DNA of 64,000 nucleotides from positions 10,994 through 74,993 of the forward strand of contig CAZDSH010000002.1 in NCBI GenBank assembly GCA_964508195.1, given 5' to 3'. Position numbers and translations under genes: made by a program. Source of the DNA: an uncultured Clostridiaceae bacterium. Lineage in GTDB: Bacteria; Bacillota; Clostridia; Ch29. The notes beneath the pieces were generated by a model. That model made no database searches. It had not been told where the DNA came from and was given only the letters and a program-made list of their open reading frames with translations. Every line of letters starts with the position of its first letter. Within the stretch, counting starts at the first letter, position 1. Below are positions 10,575-19,601 of this stretch, piece after piece.

Positions 10575-11969
10575 TTATTTAAGATAATTTAAAGGATTAA
10601 CGGGTACGTTGAACTTCCTTATTTCAAAATGTAAATGCGGTCCCGTCGTCCTACCTGTATTGCCCGACATTGCAATCGTTTGCCCTTTATGAACTTTATC
10701 GCCTTTAGATACAAGGAATTCGGAATTGTGCGCATAATATGTGCTAAACCCCGCACCGTGATCCAAAATAACGAGGTTACCGTAAGTACCTTGTTTGCCG
10801 CAAAAGACCACTGTGCCTCCGTCGGCGGCCTTAACCGGCGTCCCCGTCGGTACCCCTATATCTATCCCATTATGTATTTTCCCCCATCTTCGGCCAAAGC
10901 CCGAGGTTATCTTACCAGTCACGGGGTATGCAAAGGTACCGGTCCCCTGTCTAGGTGGCGGCGGTTTTGTACCTACGGCTATTATCCTTGTAACCGGTTC
11001 CGATACCACTTTTTCTTCTAATATTACCCGTCCACTTTCGATACCGTTTTCCCTTGTAATCCGTGCGGTTATCTCCTTCTGCCCGTATCTTCCGGCAGTC
11101 TTGACTATGGACTCCCCCTTGTAAAACTCGTTGCTGTCCTTGTACTTCGTTGTATAGGGTATGTTCTCCTTTAACGTAGCTATTTCTTCGGTAACCACCG
11201 TTACAAAGGGTTTAGGCACGACCATACTTAACTGCTGACCTATTTGTAATTTCTTAGGCTCCACGCCAGGATTCGCCCTTTCTAGGTCCTCCACCAAGAT
11301 GTTATGATCCCGGGATATACCCCATAGGCTGTCCCCCCTGGAAACGGTATACACCTTACTCTCGGTGGTACCGCTGATGAGAAACCTATAAGCATCCTCC
11401 GGATCCATTATATCCCCAGGTTCTACGGGATTATCACGGAGGTCCACCCTTTCCTTTATGTTCACATCACGGATGTCGGCGTCCTGCCCTTCAGGGGTGA
11501 AACAATCCTTTACCCTATCTAGAAGTTTTTCCGCTTTATCCATACCCATTACCGATAGTACGGGATTACCATTGATACAAAGGGTAATTGCTTTTTTCCT
11601 TAGCTCTATGTTTCGCCTAAGCTCTTCCCTAAGGCTTTCCTCATCAAGAATACTATCCTGTCGTTCCTTTAAATTAATCTTCTCTACTTTAAGCTCCGCT
11701 GTAAGTATAAGGGTTTCGTCATCTTCGAGAATTTCTTCACCTAATCTTGCCAAGACTTCCCCGGCCATACCCTTATCCTTTACGATGCCTATATGTGTCT
11801 CGTTTAGGTATACGGCATACCCAATGCGGGAAATTCCAATATGTACGATCACAGCCACCGTTAATAATATTATAACGGCTATAGCCATCTGTTTTCCCCT
11901 GGGACCCGTCCTTTGCATAAATTGCGCAAATAACCGCTTAACATGCCCTTTATAAGACGGTTTATCCAT
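10575..11969 (-). CDS. M23 family metallopeptidase with LysM domain (membrane anchored)
   Basis: 464 aa; N-terminal TM; LysM (YTVSRGDSLWGISRDHNI); M23 motifs HNGIDIG...D, YAHNS, GNTGRTTGPHLHFEIR. Confidence 0.88.
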   Translation of the reverse strand: MDKPSYKGHVKRLFAQFMQRTGPRGKQMAIAVIILLTVAVIVHIGISRIGYAVYLNETHIGIVKDKGMAGEVLARLGEEILEDDETLILTAELKVEKINLKERQDSILDEESLREELRRNIELRKKAITLCINGNPVLSVMGMDKAEKLLDRVKDCFTPEGQDADIRDVNIKERVDLRDNPVEPGDIMDPEDAYRFLISGTTESKVYTVSRGDSLWGISRDHNILVEDLERANPGVEPKKLQIGQQLSMVVPKPFVTVVTEEIATLKENIPYTTKYKDSNEFYKGESIVKTAGRYGQKEITARITRENGIESGRVILEEKVVSEPVTRIIAVGTKPPPPRQGTGTFAYPVTGKITSGFGRRWGKIHNGIDIGVPTGTPVKAADGGTVVFCGKQGTYGNLVILDHGAGFSTYYAHNSEFLVSKGDKVHKGQTIAMSGNTGRTTGPHLHFEIRKFNVPVNPLNYLK

Positions 11970-12085
11970 AGTTTGTCCCCTTTCCTCCGTTGCTTTAAAG
12001 CGTACCTATCCTGGCTGGACCCACTAAAAGCTATAACATAATTATTTGCCTATAGGAATTAATTATACATTTTTCCATTAAAGGC

Positions 12086-13570
12086 TCAAAAGCCCATACT
12101 AAGCCACCCCCTAATCTGTGCCCCTAAACTGCGGCCGCTTATCCCTTCAACGATCTGTATAAAATCATCGGTCGTTGCATTTCGGAATGCATAGTCATTG
12201 TAATAGGTCCTTAATACTTCAAAAAAGTCCTCCTCCCCTAAAATATCCCTTAACCTTTGAAATATAAGGGCCCCGCCACAGTATACAAGGGTATGGTATT
12301 GTTCCGAATCCCGGTATCGTCCTAAGGGATCCCGGATACTTATATTTCGCTCTCCCTCCGTTGCATCTATATAGTCCTCATACCTTTTCTTTATGAGGTT
12401 TTCAAATAATCCCTTAGCAGTATCGGGGCCATACTTCTTTTCGAAATAAAGTATGGCGGAATACTCCGTCAACCCCTCATCCAACCACGCCTCACTTATC
12501 TGGTTGCTACCGACTATACCGTACCACCATTGGTGCGCCGTTTCGTGTACCGTTATGTACTCTAACGTAAATAACCTTTCAATATTATATAACTCTTTAC
12601 TAATTAAAACAAGATTTGGGTATTCCATTCCGCCGATGAAAAAATCCGCCGCCACTACGGAAAATGTCCTATAGGGATATTTACCGAAACAATCGTTAAA
12701 TATTGAGATAGCATCCGTAGCAAAGGTAAGGGCCCCTTTACCTGTAGGCTTATCAAAATAATAGGACTTAACGATTATACCGTCCTTTTTATTAGTGCTC
12801 ACTTTGAATTTCTCGGCTGCGACCCATGCAAAATCCCTTACCCTATCACCCTGAAAGTGCCATTCAACGTTTTTCGCATCGTGTTTCCGCTTTTTTATTA
12901 CTTCCCCTGTAGCGGCTACGATATAATCCTTCGCTATGATCAACGTAACCTGATAATCCGCAATATCGCTATAAAAGGGATCGCCGATAGCGCTATAAGG
13001 TTCAAGGTGCCATCCTTCATGATCGCACATAGCGACAATAGGATACCAGTTCACAGCCTTTATTGTGTTATTACCGTACCCGAACCTTCCGTAGCAATGG
13101 GGAAACTTCACGGTAAAATTTATATCCATACTAACGGTATCGGAGGGTCCTACCGGTTCAGGTAGACTTATTTTTAAAATTTGTCTGTTATCATCCTTGT
13201 ACTCCCAGGGCACCCTCTGGCCTTCTATTTGAATGTTATCTATATTTAAAAATCCTACGTTAAAACCCTCGGGATAGGCGCTATTTCGCTCTAAGGGTCC
13301 AAAGGGTAGCGTGTCCTCGTTTTCAAAGGCGTTGGGATAAAGATGCATATAGATATCTGCTAAAACAACATCGTTACTGTTCAGATATACGAGATGTTCA
13401 TAACCCTTGAGCAGCTTTTCCTTTTCGTCAAAATAACAATGTATATTGTACTGGTTTGACTTTATATCCTTTGCGGTGGTTTTAGATGGGGTAGAGAGTT
13501 TCTGGTGAAGGGGCAAACAAAGGGCTATAATTACTGTAATTATAATTATTGCTAAAAGGATTCTTTTCAT
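12086..13570 (-). CDS. peptidase M1 family (gluzincin) secreted protein
   Basis: 494 aa; signal peptide; HETAHQWWYG...(18 aa)...E (HEXXH-X18-E) motif. Confidence 0.75.
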   Translation of the reverse strand: MKRILLAIIIITVIIALCLPLHQKLSTPSKTTAKDIKSNQYNIHCYFDEKEKLLKGYEHLVYLNSNDVVLADIYMHLYPNAFENEDTLPFGPLERNSAYPEGFNVGFLNIDNIQIEGQRVPWEYKDDNRQILKISLPEPVGPSDTVSMDINFTVKFPHCYGRFGYGNNTIKAVNWYPIVAMCDHEGWHLEPYSAIGDPFYSDIADYQVTLIIAKDYIVAATGEVIKKRKHDAKNVEWHFQGDRVRDFAWVAAEKFKVSTNKKDGIIVKSYYFDKPTGKGALTFATDAISIFNDCFGKYPYRTFSVVAADFFIGGMEYPNLVLISKELYNIERLFTLEYITVHETAHQWWYGIVGSNQISEAWLDEGLTEYSAILYFEKKYGPDTAKGLFENLIKKRYEDYIDATEGERNISIRDPLGRYRDSEQYHTLVYCGGALIFQRLRDILGEEDFFEVLRTYYNDYAFRNATTDDFIQIVEGISGRSLGAQIRGWLSMGF

Positions 13571-13745
13571 AAGCCGGCCTCCCTAAAATTTGAACTATAG
13601 ATCCTATATGCTATGCTAAGGGCGCAACCTATAAAACCGACGGCGCTAAGTCCTTATATAATAATTTTATGCACCGGTAGGAAGCGTAATAACTAATATG
13701 CTATAATATAAAATACATAAGGAACTAATTCTTGGGAGGGATAAT

Positions 13746-14783
13746 ATGCAATTTATTAAGGGTAAACCCTGTATTGACATTGAGGACACACCATTAGAGA
13801 ATATTTTTATTGATGCTTTTATGCCCTCCGCCGATGGGAATTTCGTAAAAGTATATCTCCTTGGATACAAATATGCTTGTAGTACAGCCTGTTCAGCCAA
13901 CCTTTCTAACGAAACCATCGCCCGGGCATTAGACATACCGCTAACGACGGTTTTGAAGGCCTGGGATTATTGGGCACAGCGAGGGGTAATAAAAAAATAT
14001 TATACGCCGAACGATAAACACAATTTTTCTGTAGAATTCGTTAATCTAAAACAATTGTACATAGACAATTACATCAATATATCCGATAACATGCCGAAGA
14101 AAAGCACAAAAAAACAAAGGCCCTACACGCCCTTAGATTTAACCGAGGCCATGACCGATACAAACATAAGGGATATGTTTACTGGTATACAACAGATCCT
14201 ATGCCGACCGTTAAACTCTAGCGAGAGCTTGCAATGCCTGGAGTGGATCTACGATTTGAAGATGGCCCCGGAGGTAATAGAAGAAGCCTTTAGGTATTCC
14301 GTCGAACAAAAAGGTATAAAGAGCATAAGATATGTTAACGCCATCATAAATAACTGGTATGATAACGGCATTAATACTTTAGAAAGGTTAGAAGAACATC
14401 TAGATGTTACCTCAAACAAGTATAACAGTTATAATCAGATAATGAAGACCCTAGGCAGAACCGGTAGCCCAACTAGGATCGAAAAACAATTTATGGATAG
14501 ATGGTTAGATGAATATGCAATGCCTATGGACGTAGTGCTAAAGGCTTGTGATGCGGCGGTTATACAAATATCGAACCCATCCCTTAATTACGTTAACGGA
14601 ATAATAACAAAATGGAAAAAAGCCGGGCTAAAAAACCTTACAGACGTAAAGGACGAGGAAAAAGAGCCTAGACCCCAACGGCGGAGAAGTACAAAAAATA
14701 AGTTCCATAATTTTGAACAATCGGCCTCAAAGCTTACAAATGCACAGCTTAAAGAAATTCTTAACCGACGAAGGAACGCTTAG
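13746..14783 (+). CDS. DnaD domain replication initiation/membrane attachment protein (B. subtilis DnaB/DnaD-like)
   Basis: 345 aa; DnaD-like repeats (YW...RGV..., I..WYDNGI), immediately upstream of dnaI as in Firmicutes dnaB-dnaI operon. Confidence 0.7.
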   Translation: MQFIKGKPCIDIEDTPLENIFIDAFMPSADGNFVKVYLLGYKYACSTACSANLSNETIARALDIPLTTVLKAWDYWAQRGVIKKYYTPNDKHNFSVEFVNLKQLYIDNYINISDNMPKKSTKKQRPYTPLDLTEAMTDTNIRDMFTGIQQILCRPLNSSESLQCLEWIYDLKMAPEVIEEAFRYSVEQKGIKSIRYVNAIINNWYDNGINTLERLEEHLDVTSNKYNSYNQIMKTLGRTGSPTRIEKQFMDRWLDEYAMPMDVVLKACDAAVIQISNPSLNYVNGIITKWKKAGLKNLTDVKDEEKEPRPQRRRSTKNKFHNFEQSASKLTNAQLKEILNRRRNA

Positions 14784-14803
14784 ACTGCGGGGGAGTGTTA
14801 TAA

Positions 14804-15778
14804 ATGGAAAAAACCGTTGCCGAAATATTAAAGGAATACGAAACCCTAAGGACTCGGGCGGAAAAGGAAAGGGAAACGAGGATAGAGGAGGTCTATAAAA
14901 AGGTACCACAAATCGAAAGGATTGATGATACTATAAATAGGTTGGGTATTGAATGTACCTATCATTCTATAACCCTTGGCCCTGTAGCGCAAAAAGAGTA
15001 TTTAGAAGCCTTCTCAAAGAAAATTAAAAGCCTCAGGGATGAAAAAACTACCTTGCTAAAAAAGCACGGATTTTCGGTTGATTATATGGATATGAAGCAC
15101 CAATGTCAAAAATGCGAGGATACAGGCTATATAAATCATGATAAATGTCCCTGCTTTAAACAGAAATTAATAGAAAGGGCTTATAATCAATCAAACCTTG
15201 GCAATGTATTATCCAGAGAAAACTTTAATACCTTTGATTTAGACCTGTTTTCCGACGAAAAGTTCCGTGATTATCCGAAGACCCCTAAACAAAACATGTT
15301 AGACATATTAAGTCGTTGTGAAGGTTTTGTATACAATTTCGAAAAGGATAACGGCGAAAATTTACTCTTTTACGGCGAAACGGGGTTAGGTAAAACTTTT
15401 TTGTGCAACTGTATAGCAAAAAAGTTACTGGATAAAGGCAGACCCGTATTATATCTTACGGCCTTTAAACTGTTTAAAATTCTGGAGGAGTACCAATTCG
15501 GCCCAAAAAATATAGCCCGTGAAAAAAATATGTTAGATTTTATATTAACCGGCGATCTTTTAATAATAGATGATCTGGGAACGGAATTTACCAACAGCTT
15601 TACTATTTGTGAACTTTTTAACATTATAAACACCCGGCTCCTTAAGAGGAATAAAACTATTATCTCTACTAACCTTCAACCAAGCCAATTGATGGAGATA
15701 TATAGCCAAAGGCTATTTTCCCGGTTATCGGCCCATTATACGGCCCTGGAGTTTTATGGTTATGACCTAAGGATGTAA
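14804..15778 (+). CDS. dnaI: primosomal helicase loader DnaI
   Basis: 324 aa; N-terminal Cys4 zinc-binding (CQKCEDTGY...CPCF), AAA+/IstB-like Walker A GETGLGKTFL and Walker B LLIIDDLG. Confidence 0.85.
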   Translation: MEKTVAEILKEYETLRTRAEKERETRIEEVYKKVPQIERIDDTINRLGIECTYHSITLGPVAQKEYLEAFSKKIKSLRDEKTTLLKKHGFSVDYMDMKHQCQKCEDTGYINHDKCPCFKQKLIERAYNQSNLGNVLSRENFNTFDLDLFSDEKFRDYPKTPKQNMLDILSRCEGFVYNFEKDNGENLLFYGETGLGKTFLCNCIAKKLLDKGRPVLYLTAFKLFKILEEYQFGPKNIAREKNMLDFILTGDLLIIDDLGTEFTNSFTICELFNIINTRLLKRNKTIISTNLQPSQLMEIYSQRLFSRLSAHYTALEFYGYDLRM

Positions 15779-16003
15779 ATTATAGGGCGGAATATATCCG
15801 TACTTTTACAGTTGATTATATTTTCGGAATGTAAACCTTCGCCACCGCCAATGCCTTTTGTGAATTATGTATCCCAAGGTTACTAGGCAAAAAAATGGGC
15901 GCATCAATCTTTCCTTTGTGCAAGGTATCCGGGTTCGTTATGGGCGTAAGTCAAAAGTAGTCTTTTATGATGTTGCCAACTCTTATTTTGAGATTGATTA
16001 AGG

Positions 16004-16049
16004 AAACCTCCGTAAACATCGGTAAATAGATGTTTGCAGAGGTTTTTTG
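16004..16049 (+). terminator. strong intrinsic terminator (17-bp stem, 8-nt loop, T6) with no annotated upstream gene within 225 nt
   Basis: AAACCTCCGTAAACATC-GGTAAATA-GATGTTTGCAGAGGTTT followed by TTTTTTG. Confidence 0.6.
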
Positions 16050-16188
16050 TTATTGTTACCATAAAAGTAGAAAAACCACTCCCTTTATATTATTACTAAA
16101 GATAAAGAAAATGGCTATTTGTATTGTATGGGGGTTTGAGGTAGACCACATTATTCGTGATTTCCCCAAACCCCTTGATATTGTTGGC

Positions 16189-16264
16189 TGGTGACCCATC
16201 AGGGATTCGAACCCTGGACGCCCTGATTAAGAGTCAGGTGCTCTACCAGCTGAGCTAATGGGTC
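16189..16264 (-). tRNA. tRNA-Lys (anticodon CUU), CCA encoded
   Basis: Cloverleaf read on minus strand: acceptor GACCCAT/ATGGGTC, D-arm GCTCAGCTGGTAGAGC, anticodon loop CTCTTAA (CTT), T-arm CAGGGTTCGAATCCCTG, 3' ACCA. Confidence 0.9.
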
Positions 16265-16296
16265 ACAGTTTTAATATTGAAATAGCTTACTAAACT

Positions 16297-16325
16297 ATGA
16301 TAAATCAAAACTGCTTTTTTGTCAA
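16297..16325 (-). promoter_or_regulatory. sigma-A type promoter for tRNA-Lys (TTGACA-17-TATCAT)
   Basis: On minus strand TTGACAaaaaagcagttttgattTATCAT ~30 nt upstream of tRNA 5' end. Confidence 0.6.
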
Positions 16326-16334
16326 TAATCCAGC

Positions 16335-17741
16335 CTAGGATTTGTTTGCTAATTCCCTTGCCACTATTATTCCCGTTATGGATGCCTGCATAAGGCCCCT
16401 CGTGATACCTGCGCCGTCACCGATAGTGTACAATCCCTTAACGGCGGTTTGGAAGCCCTTATCAACCTCCACCTTGCTACTATAAAACTTGACCTCGCAC
16501 CCGTAAAGAAGGGTATTTCTTGAATAGAGATTAGGGGCTAATTTATCAAAGGCCCTTAGAGCTTCAACGATCGACGTAAGGTGCCTATCAGGGAGCACAA
16601 AACTTAGATCGCCGGGAACGGCATCCTTTAACGTAGGTATAGTAGTGGATTTGTTGAGCCTATCCGTACTTGTTCGCCTGCCCTTAAGCAAATCTCCTAA
16701 CCTTTGGACCATAATACCGCCCCCCGTTAGCATATTCGCCAACTTCGCTATATATTTCCCATATTCTATGGGCTGATTGAAGGGTTCCGTAAAGGTAGTG
16801 GATACAAGTAATGCGAAATTCGTATTATCCGTCCGTAAAGTACGATCGGAATAGCTATGACCGTTCACGAGTACGAGCCCCTCCTCGTAGCGTTCCTCGG
16901 ATACCATACCGCCGGGATTCATACAAAAAGTTCTGGCCTTATTTTCGAAGGTGTCTGAATAATATACGAGCTTCGCCTCATAAAGATCCCGGGTTAGGTG
17001 ATCCATAACGGAGTTGGGTACCTCTACCCTGACACCTATATCTACGGCATTGTTTTTTGTACCTATACCCAACCTAGCAGCCTGGCCGGATAACCAATGG
17101 GCCCCCGCCCTACCGGGAGCTGCAATCACATATTCTGCATTTATTTCCATTACCTCGCCGGCCCTGCGCCGCGCCCTTACCCCCGTCACTTTATCATCAG
17201 CAACAAGGATATCCTCAACGGCCGTAAGATCACAAAATTCGACGCCTTGTTCCATTAAATATTCGTACATATTCTTTAGTACGTCGTAGGCTCTATCGGT
17301 CCCTAGGTGACGTACCGGACAGGGCACTAGTTTAATCCCATGCCTTGAAGCCTCGTACACTAGTTCGTCTAATTTTTTCTCATTGAGACCATATACCTCT
17401 GACCCTGCGCCAAATTTTAAATAAATGCTATCGGCATATTCTATTAGCTCCTCGGCCTCTTCAAAGGACCTATAGTCCGTTATATTGCCGCCGACTTCGG
17501 GGCTCAAAGAGAGCTTACCATCGCTAAAGGCACCGGCGCCGGCCCAACCGCTTACTATTGAACAGGGGTTGCAATTTATACATTTTCCCTTTCGTGCGGG
17601 ACACTTTCTTGCACTTATCTTTCTGCCCTTATCCAACATAAGTATTTCATAATCCGCACGCTTTATAAGCTCTAAAGCGGTGAATATACCTGCTGGCCCG
17701 GAACCTATTATGATTACGTCATATCTATCCTTTAATACCAT
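16335..17741 (-). CDS. FAD-dependent oxidoreductase (COG2509-like, Cys-rich insert)
   Basis: 468 aa; dinucleotide fold VIIIGSGPAGIFTA at N-terminus, CPARKGKCINCNPC cysteine cluster. Confidence 0.75.
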   Translation of the reverse strand: MVLKDRYDVIIIGSGPAGIFTALELIKRADYEILMLDKGRKISARKCPARKGKCINCNPCSIVSGWAGAGAFSDGKLSLSPEVGGNITDYRSFEEAEELIEYADSIYLKFGAGSEVYGLNEKKLDELVYEASRHGIKLVPCPVRHLGTDRAYDVLKNMYEYLMEQGVEFCDLTAVEDILVADDKVTGVRARRRAGEVMEINAEYVIAAPGRAGAHWLSGQAARLGIGTKNNAVDIGVRVEVPNSVMDHLTRDLYEAKLVYYSDTFENKARTFCMNPGGMVSEERYEEGLVLVNGHSYSDRTLRTDNTNFALLVSTTFTEPFNQPIEYGKYIAKLANMLTGGGIMVQRLGDLLKGRRTSTDRLNKSTTIPTLKDAVPGDLSFVLPDRHLTSIVEALRAFDKLAPNLYSRNTLLYGCEVKFYSSKVEVDKGFQTAVKGLYTIGDGAGITRGLMQASITGIIVARELANKS

Positions 17742-17844
17742 TGTAACCGTCTCCCTTTACAATAACTAACCCCAGGTTATAGTACCAGAGTATGTTAGTT
17801 CAGTCAAATCAATCGTAAAAGAATAGGACAGCCCTAGGGCTGTC

Positions 17845-18051
17845 TTATTTCTTCGCCAAGTATTCGTTTAAATCCTTTAAAAGATTGTCAGCATTTATGC
17901 CATGGACAATACTGGCCTGTTCTATGCTTTCCCCGGATGCGGCGGGGCATCCGATACAATGCATACCATGTTGCATGAATATAGCGGCTGTACCCCTTTC
18001 TAGCATTAGCACCTGGGCAATAGTCATGTCCTTAGTAATTTTCTCTGACAT
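17845..18051 (-). CDS. DUF1858 domain protein (hybrid-cluster-protein-associated redox disulfide-like)
   Basis: 68 aa; CIGCPAASGE motif typical of DUF1858. Confidence 0.6.
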   Translation of the reverse strand: MSEKITKDMTIAQVLMLERGTAAIFMQHGMHCIGCPAASGESIEQASIVHGINADNLLKDLNEYLAKK

Positions 18052-18133
18052 CCCGGTCCCCTCCTTTGATTATTAGCATTACCATTATAATTAATAATAC
18101 TACCATAATAGATAGCGTTACCTGCGACCTATG

Positions 18134-18182
18134 TTATCCACAATTTATGTGCATACATCCACATGTATCCACATTGTCCACA
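18134..18182 (+). promoter_or_regulatory. cluster of four tandem DnaA boxes (TTATCCACA, ACATCCACA, GTATCCACA, TTGTCCACA)
   Basis: Four head-to-tail 9-mers within 49 bp, one perfect and three 1-mismatch to TTATCCACA, between helicase stop and DUF1858 start. Confidence 0.7.
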
Positions 18183-18216
18183 GAGATATGCACAAACATA
18201 TATTCCTGTACCGCAG

Positions 18217-19548
18217 TTATTCCCTGTATCTCGCCATATCCGCAAACTTTGTAAACTTATCCAACCACACCAATTCCACGGTACCTGTCGGCCCATTCCT
18301 TTGTTTTGCCAATATTATTTCCGCTATACCCTTCTTCTCAGTATCTGCATTATAATACTCATCCCTATAGAGGAACATAACAACATCTGCATCTTGCTCT
18401 ATGGCGCCGGATTCCCTTAAATCTGATAACATCGGCCGGTGTTCCGAACGCATCTCCGGCGCCCTACTAAGCTGTGACATCGCCAGGACGGGACATTCCA
18501 TCTCCCTGGCCAGGGCCTTCAAAGATCTGGATATCTCAGATATCTCCTGCTGCCTGCTCTCCGCCCTGCCGCTCCCCTGCATGAGCTGCAAATAATCAAT
18601 TAAAATCAGTTCAAGGCCCCTTTCCAGTTTTAGCCTCCTACATTTAGATCGCATCTCCGGGACAGTTATACTCGGCGTATCGTCAATATAGATATTTGTC
18701 TCAGAAAGCCTACTCACCGCCCCCGCCAGCTTCGGCCAATCATCGTCCTCGAGGTTTCCTGTACGTAGCCTATGGCTATCTATATTTGCCTCGGCGCATA
18801 TCATCCGATTCACTAACTGCTCTTTGGACATTTCGAGGCTAAATATCGCTATGGGTATACCGGTATTTAACGCTGCATACTGGGCTATATTCAATGCAAA
18901 GGCGGTTTTACCCATAGAGGGCCTTGCGGCTACAAGTATCAAATCGCTTTTCTGTAACCCCGAAGTTTTGCCATCTATATCTATAAAGCCTGTAGGTATC
19001 CCTGTGAGCTTACCCTTTGTACTATATAATTCCTCTATCCTGTTAAAGCTGGAAACTAGCACATCCTTAACAGGAATGAAACCTTTAGAGGTCTTTTTTT
19101 GGGAGATATCAAATATACTCTTTTCTGCAAATTCTATTATATTCCCTATTTCCTGCGCTGCTTCAAAGCCCATATCGGATATTTCGCTACTAGCCCTTAT
19201 AAGTTTTCGTAGCAGGGCCTTCTCGCGGATAATCTTTGCATAGTGCACAACATTGGCTATAGTGGGTACGCTAGAGGATATATCCGTTAGAAAAGCAACG
19301 CCGCCGACGGCTTCAAGGGTATTCCTTTGTCTCAACCGTTCAGGCAACGTCACCAAGTCCACAGGCTCCCCCTTATCAAAAAGCTCTGTCATTGCCTCAT
19401 ATATTTCCCGATGGCTGTCCCTATAAAAATCCTCGGAATTCATATATTCGGAAACAGCTATTATAGCCTCACGATCGAGTAGCATCGCACCTAATACCGA
19501 TTGTTCAGCCTCTATACTATGGGGGGGTATCCTTGCTATGGATTTCAT
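18217..19548 (-). CDS. dnaB: replicative DNA helicase (DnaB family; DnaC in Bacillus nomenclature)
   Basis: N-terminal IPPHSIEAEQSVLGAMLLD, Walker A ARPSMGKTAFALN, RecA-like C-domain; likely start MKSIARIPP (19548) with GGTGGA RBS, longer ORF to 19596 overlaps upstream gene. Confidence 0.92.
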   Translation of the reverse strand: MKSIARIPPHSIEAEQSVLGAMLLDREAIIAVSEYMNSEDFYRDSHREIYEAMTELFDKGEPVDLVTLPERLRQRNTLEAVGGVAFLTDISSSVPTIANVVHYAKIIREKALLRKLIRASSEISDMGFEAAQEIGNIIEFAEKSIFDISQKKTSKGFIPVKDVLVSSFNRIEELYSTKGKLTGIPTGFIDIDGKTSGLQKSDLILVAARPSMGKTAFALNIAQYAALNTGIPIAIFSLEMSKEQLVNRMICAEANIDSHRLRTGNLEDDDWPKLAGAVSRLSETNIYIDDTPSITVPEMRSKCRRLKLERGLELILIDYLQLMQGSGRAESRQQEISEISRSLKALAREMECPVLAMSQLSRAPEMRSEHRPMLSDLRESGAIEQDADVVMFLYRDEYYNADTEKKGIAEIILAKQRNGPTGTVELVWLDKFTKFADMARYRE

Positions 19549-19601
19549 GTTTTCCACCATCCATCTACCTATGTTGCCCGGCAACCGGCGGCCCATTACT
19601 T

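Noticed and set aside
13667-13936. 89-aa minus-strand ORF overlapping the dnaD-like start
   Set aside because: It overlaps the promoter and 5' end of a supported plus-strand gene, and has no RBS.
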